Of a stretch of 64,000 nucleotides of DNA, positions 1 to 9,269 are shown piece after piece. Position 1 is the stretch's first letter. Every line of letters begins with the position of its first letter. The notes beneath the pieces were generated by a model. It had not been told where the DNA came from and ran no database searches. It saw only the letters and a list, made by a program, of their open reading frames with translations. This stretch comes from Saprospiraceae bacterium (GTDB taxonomy: Bacteria > Bacteroidota > Bacteroidia > Chitinophagales > Saprospiraceae), in NCBI GenBank assembly GCA_016715105.1, contig JADKBO010000004.1:5159-69158 (forward strand), read 5' to 3'. Position numbers and translations under genes: made by a program.

Positions 1-389
1 TTGGTTTACAACTCAATGTGCCTATATATAATGGCAAGAAATATCAAAATAAGGTCAAATCGATTGAATTAGAGATGATGCAAATCGATGAGGATAAAAA
101 TTTATTGAAGCAAGGTTTAGAGCAACAGTACGTCAACGCATTTCAAACTTTGTATTCCAATAAACAACAAAAAAATAGCCAAGATGAGAATGTAGCACTA
201 GCACAAAGAACCTATGCTATAACACAAGATCGATACAATCAGGGAGTAGCTCCACTCACAGATCTTATGGATGCCCAAAAGTCTTTGATTGAAGCCCAAA
301 ATATGGCTTTGCTGACCGACTTGCAAATTAAATTAGCCCAAATAGATTTACTCAACATTGAAGGAAATATTCAAGAAATAATTAGATAA
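1..389 (+). CDS. TolC-family outer-membrane efflux protein, C-terminal fragment (5' end upstream of window)
   Basis: The frame is open from the window edge (GLQLNVPIYNGKK...). It has the C-terminal coiled-coil repeat typical of outer-membrane factors (RYNQGVAPLTDLMDAQKSL). MFP and RND pump genes follow directly. Confidence 0.8.
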   Translation, partial: GLQLNVPIYNGKKYQNKVKSIELEMMQIDEDKNLLKQGLEQQYVNAFQTLYSNKQQKNSQDENVALAQRTYAITQDRYNQGVAPLTDLMDAQKSLIEAQNMALLTDLQIKLAQIDLLNIEGNIQEIIR

Positions 390-407
390 TACAACACATC
401 AAATACA

Positions 408-1502
408 ATGAATAAGCGAAAAGTTATCACGTTAATCGTAGCAATAGTTATATTAGGAACGCTGGCAGCCATCATCAGTTCCAAGTTGAAGGCCAATAAA
501 AAAGTCCTCAATGAAAATGCTGCAATTTCTCAAATAGTGAATGATGCCATTCCGGTTACAGCAGAAGTGGTTGAAGAAATGGAATTCAAAAACAGTTTTG
601 CTGGAGATGGTAGTTTTGCACCCACGCAAAGAATTTCTGTTGCTTCAGATGCTCAAGGAAAAATTACCAAACTCAACGTCAATGATGGGACTTTTGTCTC
701 TAAAGGTGCTGTTTTAGCAATTTTGGATCATACACTTTTAAGTAATCAATCCAGTTCTATTGAAGTAAACATTGCAAAATCTACCAAAGATTTGCAGAGA
801 TTGAAAACATTGCTCCAATCGGGTGGTGCGACTCAGTCCCAAATAGATGAAATTGAAACCGGCATCAAACAATATGAGATCCAATTGTCTAGCATCAAAA
901 AGCAGATTTCTGATGCATATTTGAAAGCGCCCATTAGTGGAACGGTAGTAAACAAAAAAATTGAACATGGCATGTATGTTTCTGTTGGAATGCCAATTTT
1001 GGATATTGTGAATATTTCTACTTTGGATTTCCAAACGTACTTAACTGAAAGTCAGGTATTTAAAACAAAACTTGGCCAATCAGTAAGATTATCGACCAAC
1101 GTTTACCCGGGAGTTGATTTTAATGGAAATGTAAAGTTCATAGATGTTGCTGCAAGTCCCACCAAAACCTACTTGGTAGAAATAGCTGTGCCAAATTCCA
1201 ACGCACATCCTTTGAAAGCAGGTTTGGACGGTAAAGCTTATTTTGAAGGTAGTGGCTCCTCAAAATCTCCCGCAGTATCAAGATCCGCAATTGTGGGATC
1301 ATTTGATGAGGCCCAAGTGTACATCATCAAAGACTCCATTGTTTCTTTAATTCCAGTTGATATTGGATTATCAACCAATGATAAAGTGCAAATAACGGGT
1401 GGGTTGCAAGTTGGAGATAGAGTAGTGACATCAGGACAAATCAACCTGAAAGAAGGTACCAAAATTTCTGTTTCAAACACGATTGCAGCTGCAAATCAAT
1501 AA
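408..1502 (+). CDS. RND efflux periplasmic adaptor (membrane fusion protein, HlyD family)
   Basis: 364 aa with an N-terminal TM anchor, lipoyl/barrel-sandwich-like segments and a coiled-coil hairpin (LQRLKTLLQSGGATQSQIDE). It sits between the OMF and RND pump genes with 18-21 nt gaps. Confidence 0.9.
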   Translation: MNKRKVITLIVAIVILGTLAAIISSKLKANKKVLNENAAISQIVNDAIPVTAEVVEEMEFKNSFAGDGSFAPTQRISVASDAQGKITKLNVNDGTFVSKGAVLAILDHTLLSNQSSSIEVNIAKSTKDLQRLKTLLQSGGATQSQIDEIETGIKQYEIQLSSIKKQISDAYLKAPISGTVVNKKIEHGMYVSVGMPILDIVNISTLDFQTYLTESQVFKTKLGQSVRLSTNVYPGVDFNGNVKFIDVAASPTKTYLVEIAVPNSNAHPLKAGLDGKAYFEGSGSSKSPAVSRSAIVGSFDEAQVYIIKDSIVSLIPVDIGLSTNDKVQITGGLQVGDRVVTSGQINLKEGTKISVSNTIAAANQ

Positions 1503-1523
1503 GAATCTTTTAAAAAGAAAAAA

Positions 1524-4500
1524 ATGACTCTAACAGAATTATCGATAAAGAGACCATCCCTTATTGTGGTCATATTTGCCACACTTGCATTTTTGGGCGC
1601 CATTTCATATACCTTTCTGAATTATGAATTGATTCCAAAATTTACTGCTCCCATTGTTTTTGTGAGCACTGTTTATCCTGGGGCGAGCCCCACAGAAGTT
1701 GAATCTTCGGTAACAAAACAATTGGAAGATCAACTATCATCATTGGGTGGAATCAATCTTATTCAGAGTTCTTCTGCAGAAGGTTTTAGTTCCATAGTCA
1801 TTGAGTTTTCTCAAGCAACAAATATTGAAAACGCACTGGATGAAGCATCACGGAAACTGCAACAAGTTGCTCCTTTGCTACCACCTGATGCAAAAGCACC
1901 CGTGATTTCTAAGTTTTCAACAGATGAATTTCCAGTGCTTAATATTGGGGTTACATCAAATACAAAACCGACGGAGTTTTATGATTTGATCAAAAATAGG
2001 GTGCAACCCGTGTTGACTCAAGTGCCAGGTGTTGGTCAAGTTGCCATTGTAGGTGGAGTTGAAAGAGAAATAAAGGTCAATCTGAACAGGGAAAGATTGG
2101 AGGCCTACAACTTGCCAGCCTCTTTGGTCCTTGGTAAAATCAGGGCTGCCAATTTGGATTTTCCAACAGGTAAAGTGAAAAATGATGAGAATAGTTTATT
2201 GATCAGATTGGCTGGTAAATTTACTTCTGTAGACCAGTTGTCAAACACCATCATTTCTTCCAACAATGGTCAAAATATTTACCTCAGAGATGTCGCTCAA
2301 GTCGTTGACTTATCCAAAGAACAATCCACAATAAACAGGGTAAACGGTAAAGAGTCTATTGGCCTTTTGGTTATTAAACAATCTGATGCAAATGCGGTGG
2401 CAGTTTCTGAAGACGTCAGGGCTAGAATCGTAGAACTCGAGAAAACTTTCAAAGCAGAAGGATTGAGTTTTGATGTCGCAAATGATACCAGTACTTTTAC
2501 TTTGGAAGCCGTAGAAGCTGTAAATCATGACTTGGTATTGGCCATACTTTTGGTTGCCTTGGTCTGTCTGGTATTTTTACACAGTATAAGAAACGCATTG
2601 ATAGTGATGATAGCAATCCCAACATCTTTGGTTGTTGCTTTCATTGGAATGTACATATTTGATTTTACCCTCAATTTGATGACACTTTTGGCCATGTCAT
2701 TGGTCATTGGTATTCTGGTAGATGATTCCATTGTGGTATTGGAAAATATTTATCGTCACTTGGAAATGGGCAAAAATTCCCGGCAAGCGGCGATTGATGG
2801 TCGAAATGAAATTGGGTTCACAGCTTTGAGTATAACGCTTGTGGATGTGGTCGTCTTTGTACCGATTGCTCTGACAGGCGGTTTGATTGGTAACATCATG
2901 AAACAGTTTGCCTGGGTGGTAGTCATCAGTACCTTGATGAGTTTGTTTGTTTCGTTCACCATTACACCATTACTTGCGTCCAGATTTAGTAAACTCAATC
3001 ATTTTAGAAAGAATTCTTTCCAGGATTTGACTTTGGGAAGGTTTGAAAAAGGGTTGACTGCACTCACCAATTGGTATGCAGATTCATTAAAATGGTTGTT
3101 GAAAAGGTGGTATCTCGCAGTTTTTGTAGTATTTGCAGGTTGTGGAACGTTTTTCACCTCATTTGGACTTTTACAAAACGGATATGTCGGCACAGATTTT
3201 ATATCTCAGAGTGATAGAGGCGAATTCATCCTCACTTTGGAATTGCCAAAAGATGCAGCCTTGAAAGAAACAAACTTGGCAGCACTCAAGGCGGAAGAAC
3301 ATTTGAGGAAAAATGAAGATGTTGTTCAGCTATTTTCAAACATTGGTAGAACTACTGGAGTTGTCCAAACATCAACCTCCAATAAAGCAGAAATCAATGT
3401 AAAATTAGTTGGAAAAGATGAAAGAGCTGGAAATTTGCCATCCGATATTTATGCTAAAAATATCCGAAATGAGTTAGAAAGAATTTTGCCAGGTGTGAAA
3501 GTTCGATATACTCCAGTGAGCTTTTTTGGTGGCGCAGATGATGACCCGATTCAAGTGGTAGTGAGTTCTGCCAACTATGATGAGGCATTGAAATATGGAA
3601 AACAGGTCAGAGATAAATTAGCTTTAATTCCAGGTACAGCCGAAGTAAGGTTGAGTGTAGATGACGCAAATCCTGAGATAAAGGTAAATTTAGACCGAAG
3701 AAAAGTCGCTGAGCTCGGATTGGATATTGCCAGCGTTGGTCAAACTATGCAAATTGCCTTTGCTGGAAACAGTGACTTGAAATATCGTGATGGAGCGTAT
3801 GAATATGATATCAATGTGCAGTTTGATGCCTTCAATAGAAAGAATATTTCAGATGTTTCTAAAATCACTTTCATCAATAATCAAGGCCAAACCATTTATT
3901 TGGAGCAGATCGCTGATATTACGCAAAGTGCTGGGCCAACTGTATTGGAAAGAAGAGATAGGGTGCCGGCAACAGTGGTGCGGTCTCAACTTTTGGGAAG
4001 GCCATTGGGAGAAATCGGTGAAGAACTCAAAACTACCGTAACGGCCATGAATCTTCCACCAAGTGTTTCTGTATTTTATGAAGGGAATTTGAAACAACAG
4101 AGTGAAGGTTTTGAATCGTTATTGATCGCACTGGCTGCAGCAATTTTGTTTATGTATTTGATCATGGTTGCGCTTTATGATGATTATGTTTATCCATTTG
4201 TGGTGATGTTTTCATTGCCAGTAGCGGTGGGAGGAGCATTACTTGCATTGGCCCTGAGTATGAAAGTTTTGGATATTTTTACCATGCTTGGTTTCATCAT
4301 GTTGATGGGCTTGGTAGGAAAGAACGCCATCTTATTGGTCGATTTTGCCAATCAAGCAAAAGCCAAAGGATTGTCGACGCGTGAAGCCTTGATAGAATCC
4401 GGACGGACAAGATTGAGACCCATTTTGATGACGACAATCGCCATGGTATTTGGTATGATGCCTATTGCATTGGCACAAGGAGCCGGTGCGGAGTGGAAAA

Positions 4501-4694
4501 ATGGATTGGCTTGGGCCATCATTGGAGGATTGACTTCAAGTATGGTTTTGACACTCATTGTGGTGCCTTGCGTTTATTTACTCGTGGATTTGATGGGTGG
4601 ATACTTTGAGAAGGTGCTTAGCAACTTAGGTATACGTGTAAGAAAGAAACATGAAGAGCCAAGTTCGGAGCTGCCTGTAGAGATACAGAGTTAA
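1524..4694 (+). CDS. RND multidrug efflux transporter permease (AcrB/HAE1-like)
   Basis: 1056 aa with the 12-TM plus two large periplasmic loop architecture. The N-terminus (LSIKRPSLIVVIF) and the TM4 region (VIGILVDDSIVVLENI) are typical of AcrB-family pumps. Confidence 0.95.
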   Translation: MTLTELSIKRPSLIVVIFATLAFLGAISYTFLNYELIPKFTAPIVFVSTVYPGASPTEVESSVTKQLEDQLSSLGGINLIQSSSAEGFSSIVIEFSQATNIENALDEASRKLQQVAPLLPPDAKAPVISKFSTDEFPVLNIGVTSNTKPTEFYDLIKNRVQPVLTQVPGVGQVAIVGGVEREIKVNLNRERLEAYNLPASLVLGKIRAANLDFPTGKVKNDENSLLIRLAGKFTSVDQLSNTIISSNNGQNIYLRDVAQVVDLSKEQSTINRVNGKESIGLLVIKQSDANAVAVSEDVRARIVELEKTFKAEGLSFDVANDTSTFTLEAVEAVNHDLVLAILLVALVCLVFLHSIRNALIVMIAIPTSLVVAFIGMYIFDFTLNLMTLLAMSLVIGILVDDSIVVLENIYRHLEMGKNSRQAAIDGRNEIGFTALSITLVDVVVFVPIALTGGLIGNIMKQFAWVVVISTLMSLFVSFTITPLLASRFSKLNHFRKNSFQDLTLGRFEKGLTALTNWYADSLKWLLKRWYLAVFVVFAGCGTFFTSFGLLQNGYVGTDFISQSDRGEFILTLELPKDAALKETNLAALKAEEHLRKNEDVVQLFSNIGRTTGVVQTSTSNKAEINVKLVGKDERAGNLPSDIYAKNIRNELERILPGVKVRYTPVSFFGGADDDPIQVVVSSANYDEALKYGKQVRDKLALIPGTAEVRLSVDDANPEIKVNLDRRKVAELGLDIASVGQTMQIAFAGNSDLKYRDGAYEYDINVQFDAFNRKNISDVSKITFINNQGQTIYLEQIADITQSAGPTVLERRDRVPATVVRSQLLGRPLGEIGEELKTTVTAMNLPPSVSVFYEGNLKQQSEGFESLLIALAAAILFMYLIMVALYDDYVYPFVVMFSLPVAVGGALLALALSMKVLDIFTMLGFIMLMGLVGKNAILLVDFANQAKAKGLSTREALIESGRTRLRPILMTTIAMVFGMMPIALAQGAGAEWKNGLAWAIIGGLTSSMVLTLIVVPCVYLLVDLMGGYFEKVLSNLGIRVRKKHEEPSSELPVEIQS

Positions 4695-4710
4695 TTAAGA
4701 AGTAAAATGA

Positions 4711-4746
4711 AAAAGGGGAAGACTAATTGTTTTCCCCTTTTTTGTT
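4711..4746 (+). terminator. Rho-independent terminator after the RND operon
   Basis: A perfect 9-bp stem, aaaagggga (4711-4719) with tcccctttt (4733-4741), encloses a 13-nt loop and is followed by a T-rich tail. It lies 17 nt after the pump stop codon. Confidence 0.75.
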
Positions 4747-4769
4747 GGTTGAATTATTTTAGCAGATTT

Positions 4770-4908
4770 TTATTGCTCACAGCTACCACGGATTTACGCG
4801 ATTCTACAGATTTTTTGTAGCGCACAGATTTCACAGATTTGCACAGAAATTCCTCTGAAGGTTGTTGCTCGCAGAATTCACAGATTTGCACAGAAATTCC
4901 ACACAAAT
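4770..4908. repeat. Tandem repeat array A (~47-bp unit, about 3 copies)
   Basis: An exact 24-mer, ttcacagatttgcacagaaattcc, occurs at 4830-4853 and 4877-4900 (period 47). Each copy is preceded by the related ttgt(a/t)gc(g/t)c(a/g)cag(a)a. A third, degenerate copy starts at about 4770 (ttattgctcacagc...). Confidence 0.75.
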
Positions 4909-4968
4909 CGGGACACAGTTTTATTGTACATTCACTAAAGATCGAATATTTTAAATGTTCAATTTTTC

Positions 4969-5170
4969 AGAGATGGGCGTCCGACTGATTTAATATGTTA
5001 AATCTTAAATCTTTGAGAAATTCTTGAGAGATTTGGTTGTCTGACTGATTTAATATGTTAAATCTTAAATCTTCAAAAGATTTGGCGGTCTGACTGATTT
5101 TATATGTTAAATCTTAAATCCTTGAGAGATTTAGTTGCTGACTGATTGAATATGTTAAATCTTAAATTAA
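4969..5170. repeat. Tandem repeat array B (48-59-bp unit, 4 copies)
   Basis: The core c(c/t)gactgatt(t/g)(a/t)atatgttaaatcttaaat starts at 4981, 5041, 5090 and 5138. Each copy is preceded by a gagat(g/t)(g/t)(g/a)(c/t)(g/t)t-like segment. The intervals are 60, 49 and 48 bp. Confidence 0.85.
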
Positions 5171-5226
5171 ATCCAAAGTACTTCTTGAAATGCAAATTCC
5201 AAAGTTTGTGTAAATTGCATTACTTG

Positions 5227-5682
5227 TTAAGGGAAAACTTTATCAACCGTTTTGAACCTGAAGTCAAAGATTTCTTCCAATTGTTTAGCTACAAAACCAG
5301 CTGCAATTCTACCAAATGGGTCAAATGGAAGAGCATAATGTACAATGTCTTTCATCAAAACACCTTCTTTAGTTTCTGTAAAATGGTGCTGATGGTGCCA
5401 CATTTTATAGGGTCCAAACCTTTGCTCATCGACAAAATAAACTTGATCTACTACATGTGTGATTTCCGTCACCCATGTCATTGCAATGCCTAGTAGTGGT
5501 CTTACTTTATAAGAAATGATTTGCCCCGGGTACATCTTACCATCACCTAAATCTGAGGTAATTTCAAAACCCATATAAGGAGGTGTAATGTTTTTGAGAT
5601 TTGCTGGGCTTGAAAAAAAATGCCAAGCTTCTTCCATATTGGTTTTGACCAATTGTGTTTTCTCTAGTTTGTAGACTTTCAT
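5227..5682 (-). CDS. SRPBCC-fold ligand-binding protein (polyketide cyclase/START-like superfamily)
   Basis: 151 aa. The pattern EEAWHFFSSPANLKNITPP ... GPYKMWHHQHHF is characteristic of the small SRPBCC family often annotated as cell-division-inhibitor-like. Confidence 0.8.
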   Translation of the reverse strand: MKVYKLEKTQLVKTNMEEAWHFFSSPANLKNITPPYMGFEITSDLGDGKMYPGQIISYKVRPLLGIAMTWVTEITHVVDQVYFVDEQRFGPYKMWHHQHHFTETKEGVLMKDIVHYALPFDPFGRIAAGFVAKQLEEIFDFRFKTVDKVFP

Positions 5683-5911
5683 TCAGATGACTATTGTGTG
5701 TTGTGAGATAATCAAACACTGCTAGCATCTTTTGGTTTTAAAATTTTGTTGGTGATTTATGAAAGATGATAAAGAAATTTATCGCAAAATTTTAGTCGTT
5801 AGTTGTGTTCCAACCTCACAAAGATTTCAATAAATTTATATTATAGCCCTTTTCCATGGTCCACCTTGTGCATGGGTTGGCGTTACATGGCGTGCTAACC
5901 TCTGATATTCC

Positions 5912-6423
5912 TCACATGATATTTATTTGCATCCTTTTTCCAAAGCCCCCTTCAATTATTCTTTTCAATGTAGACAATTCAATGCCAGTTCTATTATTCT
6001 CTACTCTTGAAATATAATGTTTAGTTGTTCCACTTTTGTCTGCTAATTCCTCTTGAGTAAGACCTAAATCATGCCTTGTTTGTTTTATTAGCATTCCAAG
6101 CTCAACTTCTCTTGAAGGGTCAATTACACTATTTTCATATAAAACAATTGGATCTAATTGGTAAGGATATTCAATTTCATTACCATCTTCATCGATTCCC
6201 TTTGTTGCTACATTATTCCAACTCAATGTTCCGTCGACTAATTCCACTTTATTAAATTCTTCAATTGATTTAGAGATTATATATTCATCATCGTAAGGTT
6301 TAGATTCCAAGAATTAAAAAGTTCCAAAAAATTTATAATTCTTGATTCCCCATTATTAAACAAGCAATACAAATTGTATCCTTCAATTTTATGTATTTTT
6401 GTTATTCTTTTTACTGTTCTCAT
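5912..6423 (-). pseudogene. DUF2442-domain protein fused to an XRE-type HTH, interrupted by a frameshift
   Basis: A 48-codon ORF (6423-6277, MRTVKRITKIHKIEGYNLYCLFNNGESRIINF...) matches the start of a DUF2442 fold. The rest of the domain and a C-terminal XRE HTH (LGLTQEELADKSGTTKHYISRVENN) continue in another frame, as the 5912-6310 ORF. The frames overlap around 6277-6310. Confidence 0.6.
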
Positions 6424-6646
6424 TTCTTCCCATTTAATAAATTCCAATTAGTCATTATAAAATCCTTATTGTTCTCAGCCCATTCAATGACTTTTTTTCT
6501 ATATGTTTTAGGTAAATTACCTGAATAGGTGGATAAAGATTCAATGATTATCAATTCTTCATATTCAGCTATTATAGCATGAAAATGTGGAGGATTATGA
6601 TCCCTTTTATTTGATTTTTATGGAATCTTTTTTTAATACATGCCAT
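6420..6646 (-). pseudogene. DUF4160-domain protein, apparently frameshifted near the N-terminus
   Basis: The minus-strand frame 6614-6420 reads SNKRDHNPPHFHAIIAEYEELIIIESLSTYSGNLPKTYRKKVIEWAENNKDFIMTNWNLLNGKK. This carries the DUF4160 hallmark HNPPHFHA and the LP...EW motif, but it has no start codon. An ATG at 6646 opens a short ORF (MACIKKRFHKNQIK...) in a different frame. The stop overlaps the next gene's ATG (ATGA at 6423-6420). Confidence 0.55.
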
Positions 6647-6768
6647 GCAAATAGCAGCTGATTTGATTCAAAGATATTCAATGTTGCTGAATTATGCAAC
6701 AACTCATTGGAATTTTAGTGAATTAATTGATAGATTTGTAAGTAACTTATAGGAAACCCAATCATTAT

Positions 6769-7221
6769 TCAGAATTGAGGTTCCCTCACTTTCCAAGTAT
6801 CAGGTACTTGCTTGAAGTCGGGGCTAAAATCACTGATGACTCTCAAAGCATCTGATCGGCTTATTTGACCCAACAATTTACCAGTATGATCCACGACTGG
6901 AAATCTTTTGAAAGAACTATTGACGAATTCATAGGCAGCGTCCATCAGGGTTTTACTAGATAACAATGACTTTACAGAAGTAGACATATAATCACCAACA
7001 ATGCCAGTTCCACCGGGCCTTTGGTGATAATACGCATCGACAATAGGTTTAAGGCAATCCTTCTCAGATAAAACACCAACAAGGGTTCCTTGAAAGTCTA
7101 CTACAGGTGCGCCAGAAATTTTATTTTTCACCATCACCTTTATGGCTTGTTTGATGTCTGTATCTGGATTAAAGACAATAAGGTCTTTTGCCATAAATTC
7201 TGTAATGTTGTTATTTATCAT
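6769..7221 (-). CDS. CBS-domain pair protein
   Basis: 150 aa containing two CBS repeats (ISGAPVVDFQGTLVGVLSEKD and FKRFPVVDHTGKLLGQISRSD). Confidence 0.85.
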   Translation of the reverse strand: MINNNITEFMAKDLIVFNPDTDIKQAIKVMVKNKISGAPVVDFQGTLVGVLSEKDCLKPIVDAYYHQRPGGTGIVGDYMSTSVKSLLSSKTLMDAAYEFVNSSFKRFPVVDHTGKLLGQISRSDALRVISDFSPDFKQVPDTWKVREPQF

Positions 7222-7496
7222 ATTATTATATTATTTATTGATTGTATGATTCCTAAAAATAATAAAGTTTATCAATAATGTCAAATAAAATTTTTCAATT
7301 ATTTCAGAGATATTTAAATATAACTTATAATACTAATATTTTTTTTATTCATTTTCAATAGATTAACTGGCGGGTTGTACTACTAGAAAAATGTTTTTTT
7401 AACAATATTGGGAGTGATTGTACAATTGAAAGAATAATGTATGGTGTAAATCAGAAATATTTGTAGTTTAGTCTTCAAGAAATTCAAATACGTTTG

Positions 7497-9266
7497 ATGA
7501 AGCCAACAGATACTTCAAATCCTGAATACTATCACAAGGTAGTAGACTGTCAATACGCATGTCCTGCCCACACGCCGGTACCTGAATATATAAGACTAAT
7601 TGCAGCGGGAAGATTTACCGATGCGTACATGATCAACTGGGAAAGTAATGTCTTTCCAGGTGTTTTAGGTAGGACTTGTGATCGTCCTTGTGAACCAGCC
7701 TGCCGTCGTGGTCGGGTAGAAGAAGAACCTGTGGCCATTTGCCGTTTGAAACGTGTAGCTGCAGACTACAAAGACAAAGAAGATGTTTCCAATTTAATTC
7801 CTAAGGGGCCTTTCCCAAAAAACGGAAAGCGCATTGCATTGATCGGGGGAGGACCTGCATCTTTGACTGTTGCTCGTGATTTGGCACCATTAGGTTATGA
7901 GGTCCATTTATATGATGAACAAATAAAAGGTGGTGGAATGATGCGGACGCAAATTCCTGCATTTCGTTTGCCAGAAAGTGTCTTGGATGAAGAGGTCAAT
8001 TATATTTTGGATATGGGCATTGATACTCATTTCAAAACCTATGTTTCTAGTTTGAAAGAAATACTTGATAAGGGGTATGATGCAGTATTTGTAGGAACAG
8101 GAGCTCCCAAAGGCAAGGACTTAAAATTAGATAACAGGGAATTATTAAGTAGTAATGTGCATATTGGTATACAATGGCTGGCAAGTGTCGCTTTTGGACA
8201 TACTACTAAAATAGGAAAAAAAGTGCTGGTCATAGGTGGAGGAAATACAGCTATGGACTGTTGTCGTACTTCTAGAAGATTGGGAGGTGATGATGTGAAA
8301 GTGGTGGTAAGAAGTCCATTTGATGAAATGAAAGCTTCTCCATGGGAAATTGAAGACGCACAACATGAAGATATTCCATTTCATAATTGCCACAATCCAA
8401 AGGGATTTTTAGTCCAAGATGGCAAGTTGGTGGGCATGCGCTTTGAAATAGTGGAAGCCAATTATGATACCGGTAAAAGAAGACTTATTCCGACAGGAGA
8501 AATCGTTGATTTTGAGGCGGATGATGTCATCATTGCTGTAGGGCAAGAAAATACTTTTCCATGGATAGAGAAAGACTTGGGACTGGAGTTTGGTGAATGG
8601 GAAATGCCCATTGTGGATAAAACCACATTCCAAAGCACACATCCAAAAGTCTTCTTTGGTGGCGATGCTGCTTTTGGTCCTGAAAACGTCATAACAGCTG
8701 TGGCTCACGGGCACCAGGCTGCAATATCAATTGATCTTTTTTGTAATGGTGCAGATCTCAAAGACAGACCGCATCCTATGACCAATCTGATCAACCAGAA
8801 AATGGGTATCCACGAATGGTCATATGATAGTGCTGTTGTGAATGATTTGAGATACAAAGTTCCTCATGCTGATAAAAAACAATCTCTAAAGGACAGGAAG
8901 ATGGAAGTCGAACTGGGTTTTGATTTTGACCTAGCCTTTCAAGAAGCTCAGCGTTGTCTCAACTGTGATGTACAAACCTCATTCAACTTTGATAAGTGTA
9001 TAGAATGTGATGCTTGTGCAGATGTTTGTCCTACAGATTGCATTACTTTTATCGAAAATGATGATGAGGCAGATTTGAGGCTCAAACTAAAAGTGCCCGC
9101 GCTCAATCAAACCCAAGACCTTTTTGTTTCTGAAACATTGCCAACAACGCGTGTCCTTATAAAGGATGAAAATGTGTGTTTGCATTGTGGACTTTGTGCA
9201 GAACGGTGTCCTACCGCTGCATGGGAAATGGAAAAATTTCTTTACAAGACAGCCAAAGCCGGATAA
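7497..9266 (+). CDS. GltD/NfnB-like NAD(P)H-dependent FAD oxidoreductase with a C-terminal 2x[4Fe-4S] ferredoxin domain
   Basis: The N-terminal Cys cluster region (CQYACPAH...RTCDRPCEPACRRG) is followed by a Rossmann GxGxxG motif (IALIGGGPASLTVARDL) and a second dinucleotide fold (VLVIGGGNTAMD). Two CxxCxxCxxxCP-type motifs sit at the C-terminus (CIECDACADVCP, CLHCGLCAERCP). ATG at 7497 is preferred over TTG at 7494. Confidence 0.9.
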   Translation: MKPTDTSNPEYYHKVVDCQYACPAHTPVPEYIRLIAAGRFTDAYMINWESNVFPGVLGRTCDRPCEPACRRGRVEEEPVAICRLKRVAADYKDKEDVSNLIPKGPFPKNGKRIALIGGGPASLTVARDLAPLGYEVHLYDEQIKGGGMMRTQIPAFRLPESVLDEEVNYILDMGIDTHFKTYVSSLKEILDKGYDAVFVGTGAPKGKDLKLDNRELLSSNVHIGIQWLASVAFGHTTKIGKKVLVIGGGNTAMDCCRTSRRLGGDDVKVVVRSPFDEMKASPWEIEDAQHEDIPFHNCHNPKGFLVQDGKLVGMRFEIVEANYDTGKRRLIPTGEIVDFEADDVIIAVGQENTFPWIEKDLGLEFGEWEMPIVDKTTFQSTHPKVFFGGDAAFGPENVITAVAHGHQAAISIDLFCNGADLKDRPHPMTNLINQKMGIHEWSYDSAVVNDLRYKVPHADKKQSLKDRKMEVELGFDFDLAFQEAQRCLNCDVQTSFNFDKCIECDACADVCPTDCITFIENDDEADLRLKLKVPALNQTQDLFVSETLPTTRVLIKDENVCLHCGLCAERCPTAAWEMEKFLYKTAKAG

Positions 9267-9269
9267 TTT

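Noticed and set aside
4969-5170. Possible CRISPR array (regularly spaced ~32-bp repeats)
   Set aside because: There are only 4 copies. The inter-repeat segments are 17-28 bp and are homologous to one another (gagatttggttg-like), so the whole unit is a tandem repeat and not repeat-plus-unique-spacer. There are no cas genes and no leader.
5146-5493. 115-aa plus-strand ORF overlapping the tandem repeats and the SRPBCC gene
   Set aside because: It starts inside repeat array B, has low-complexity composition, and is antisense to a well-supported SRPBCC CDS. It is most likely spurious.
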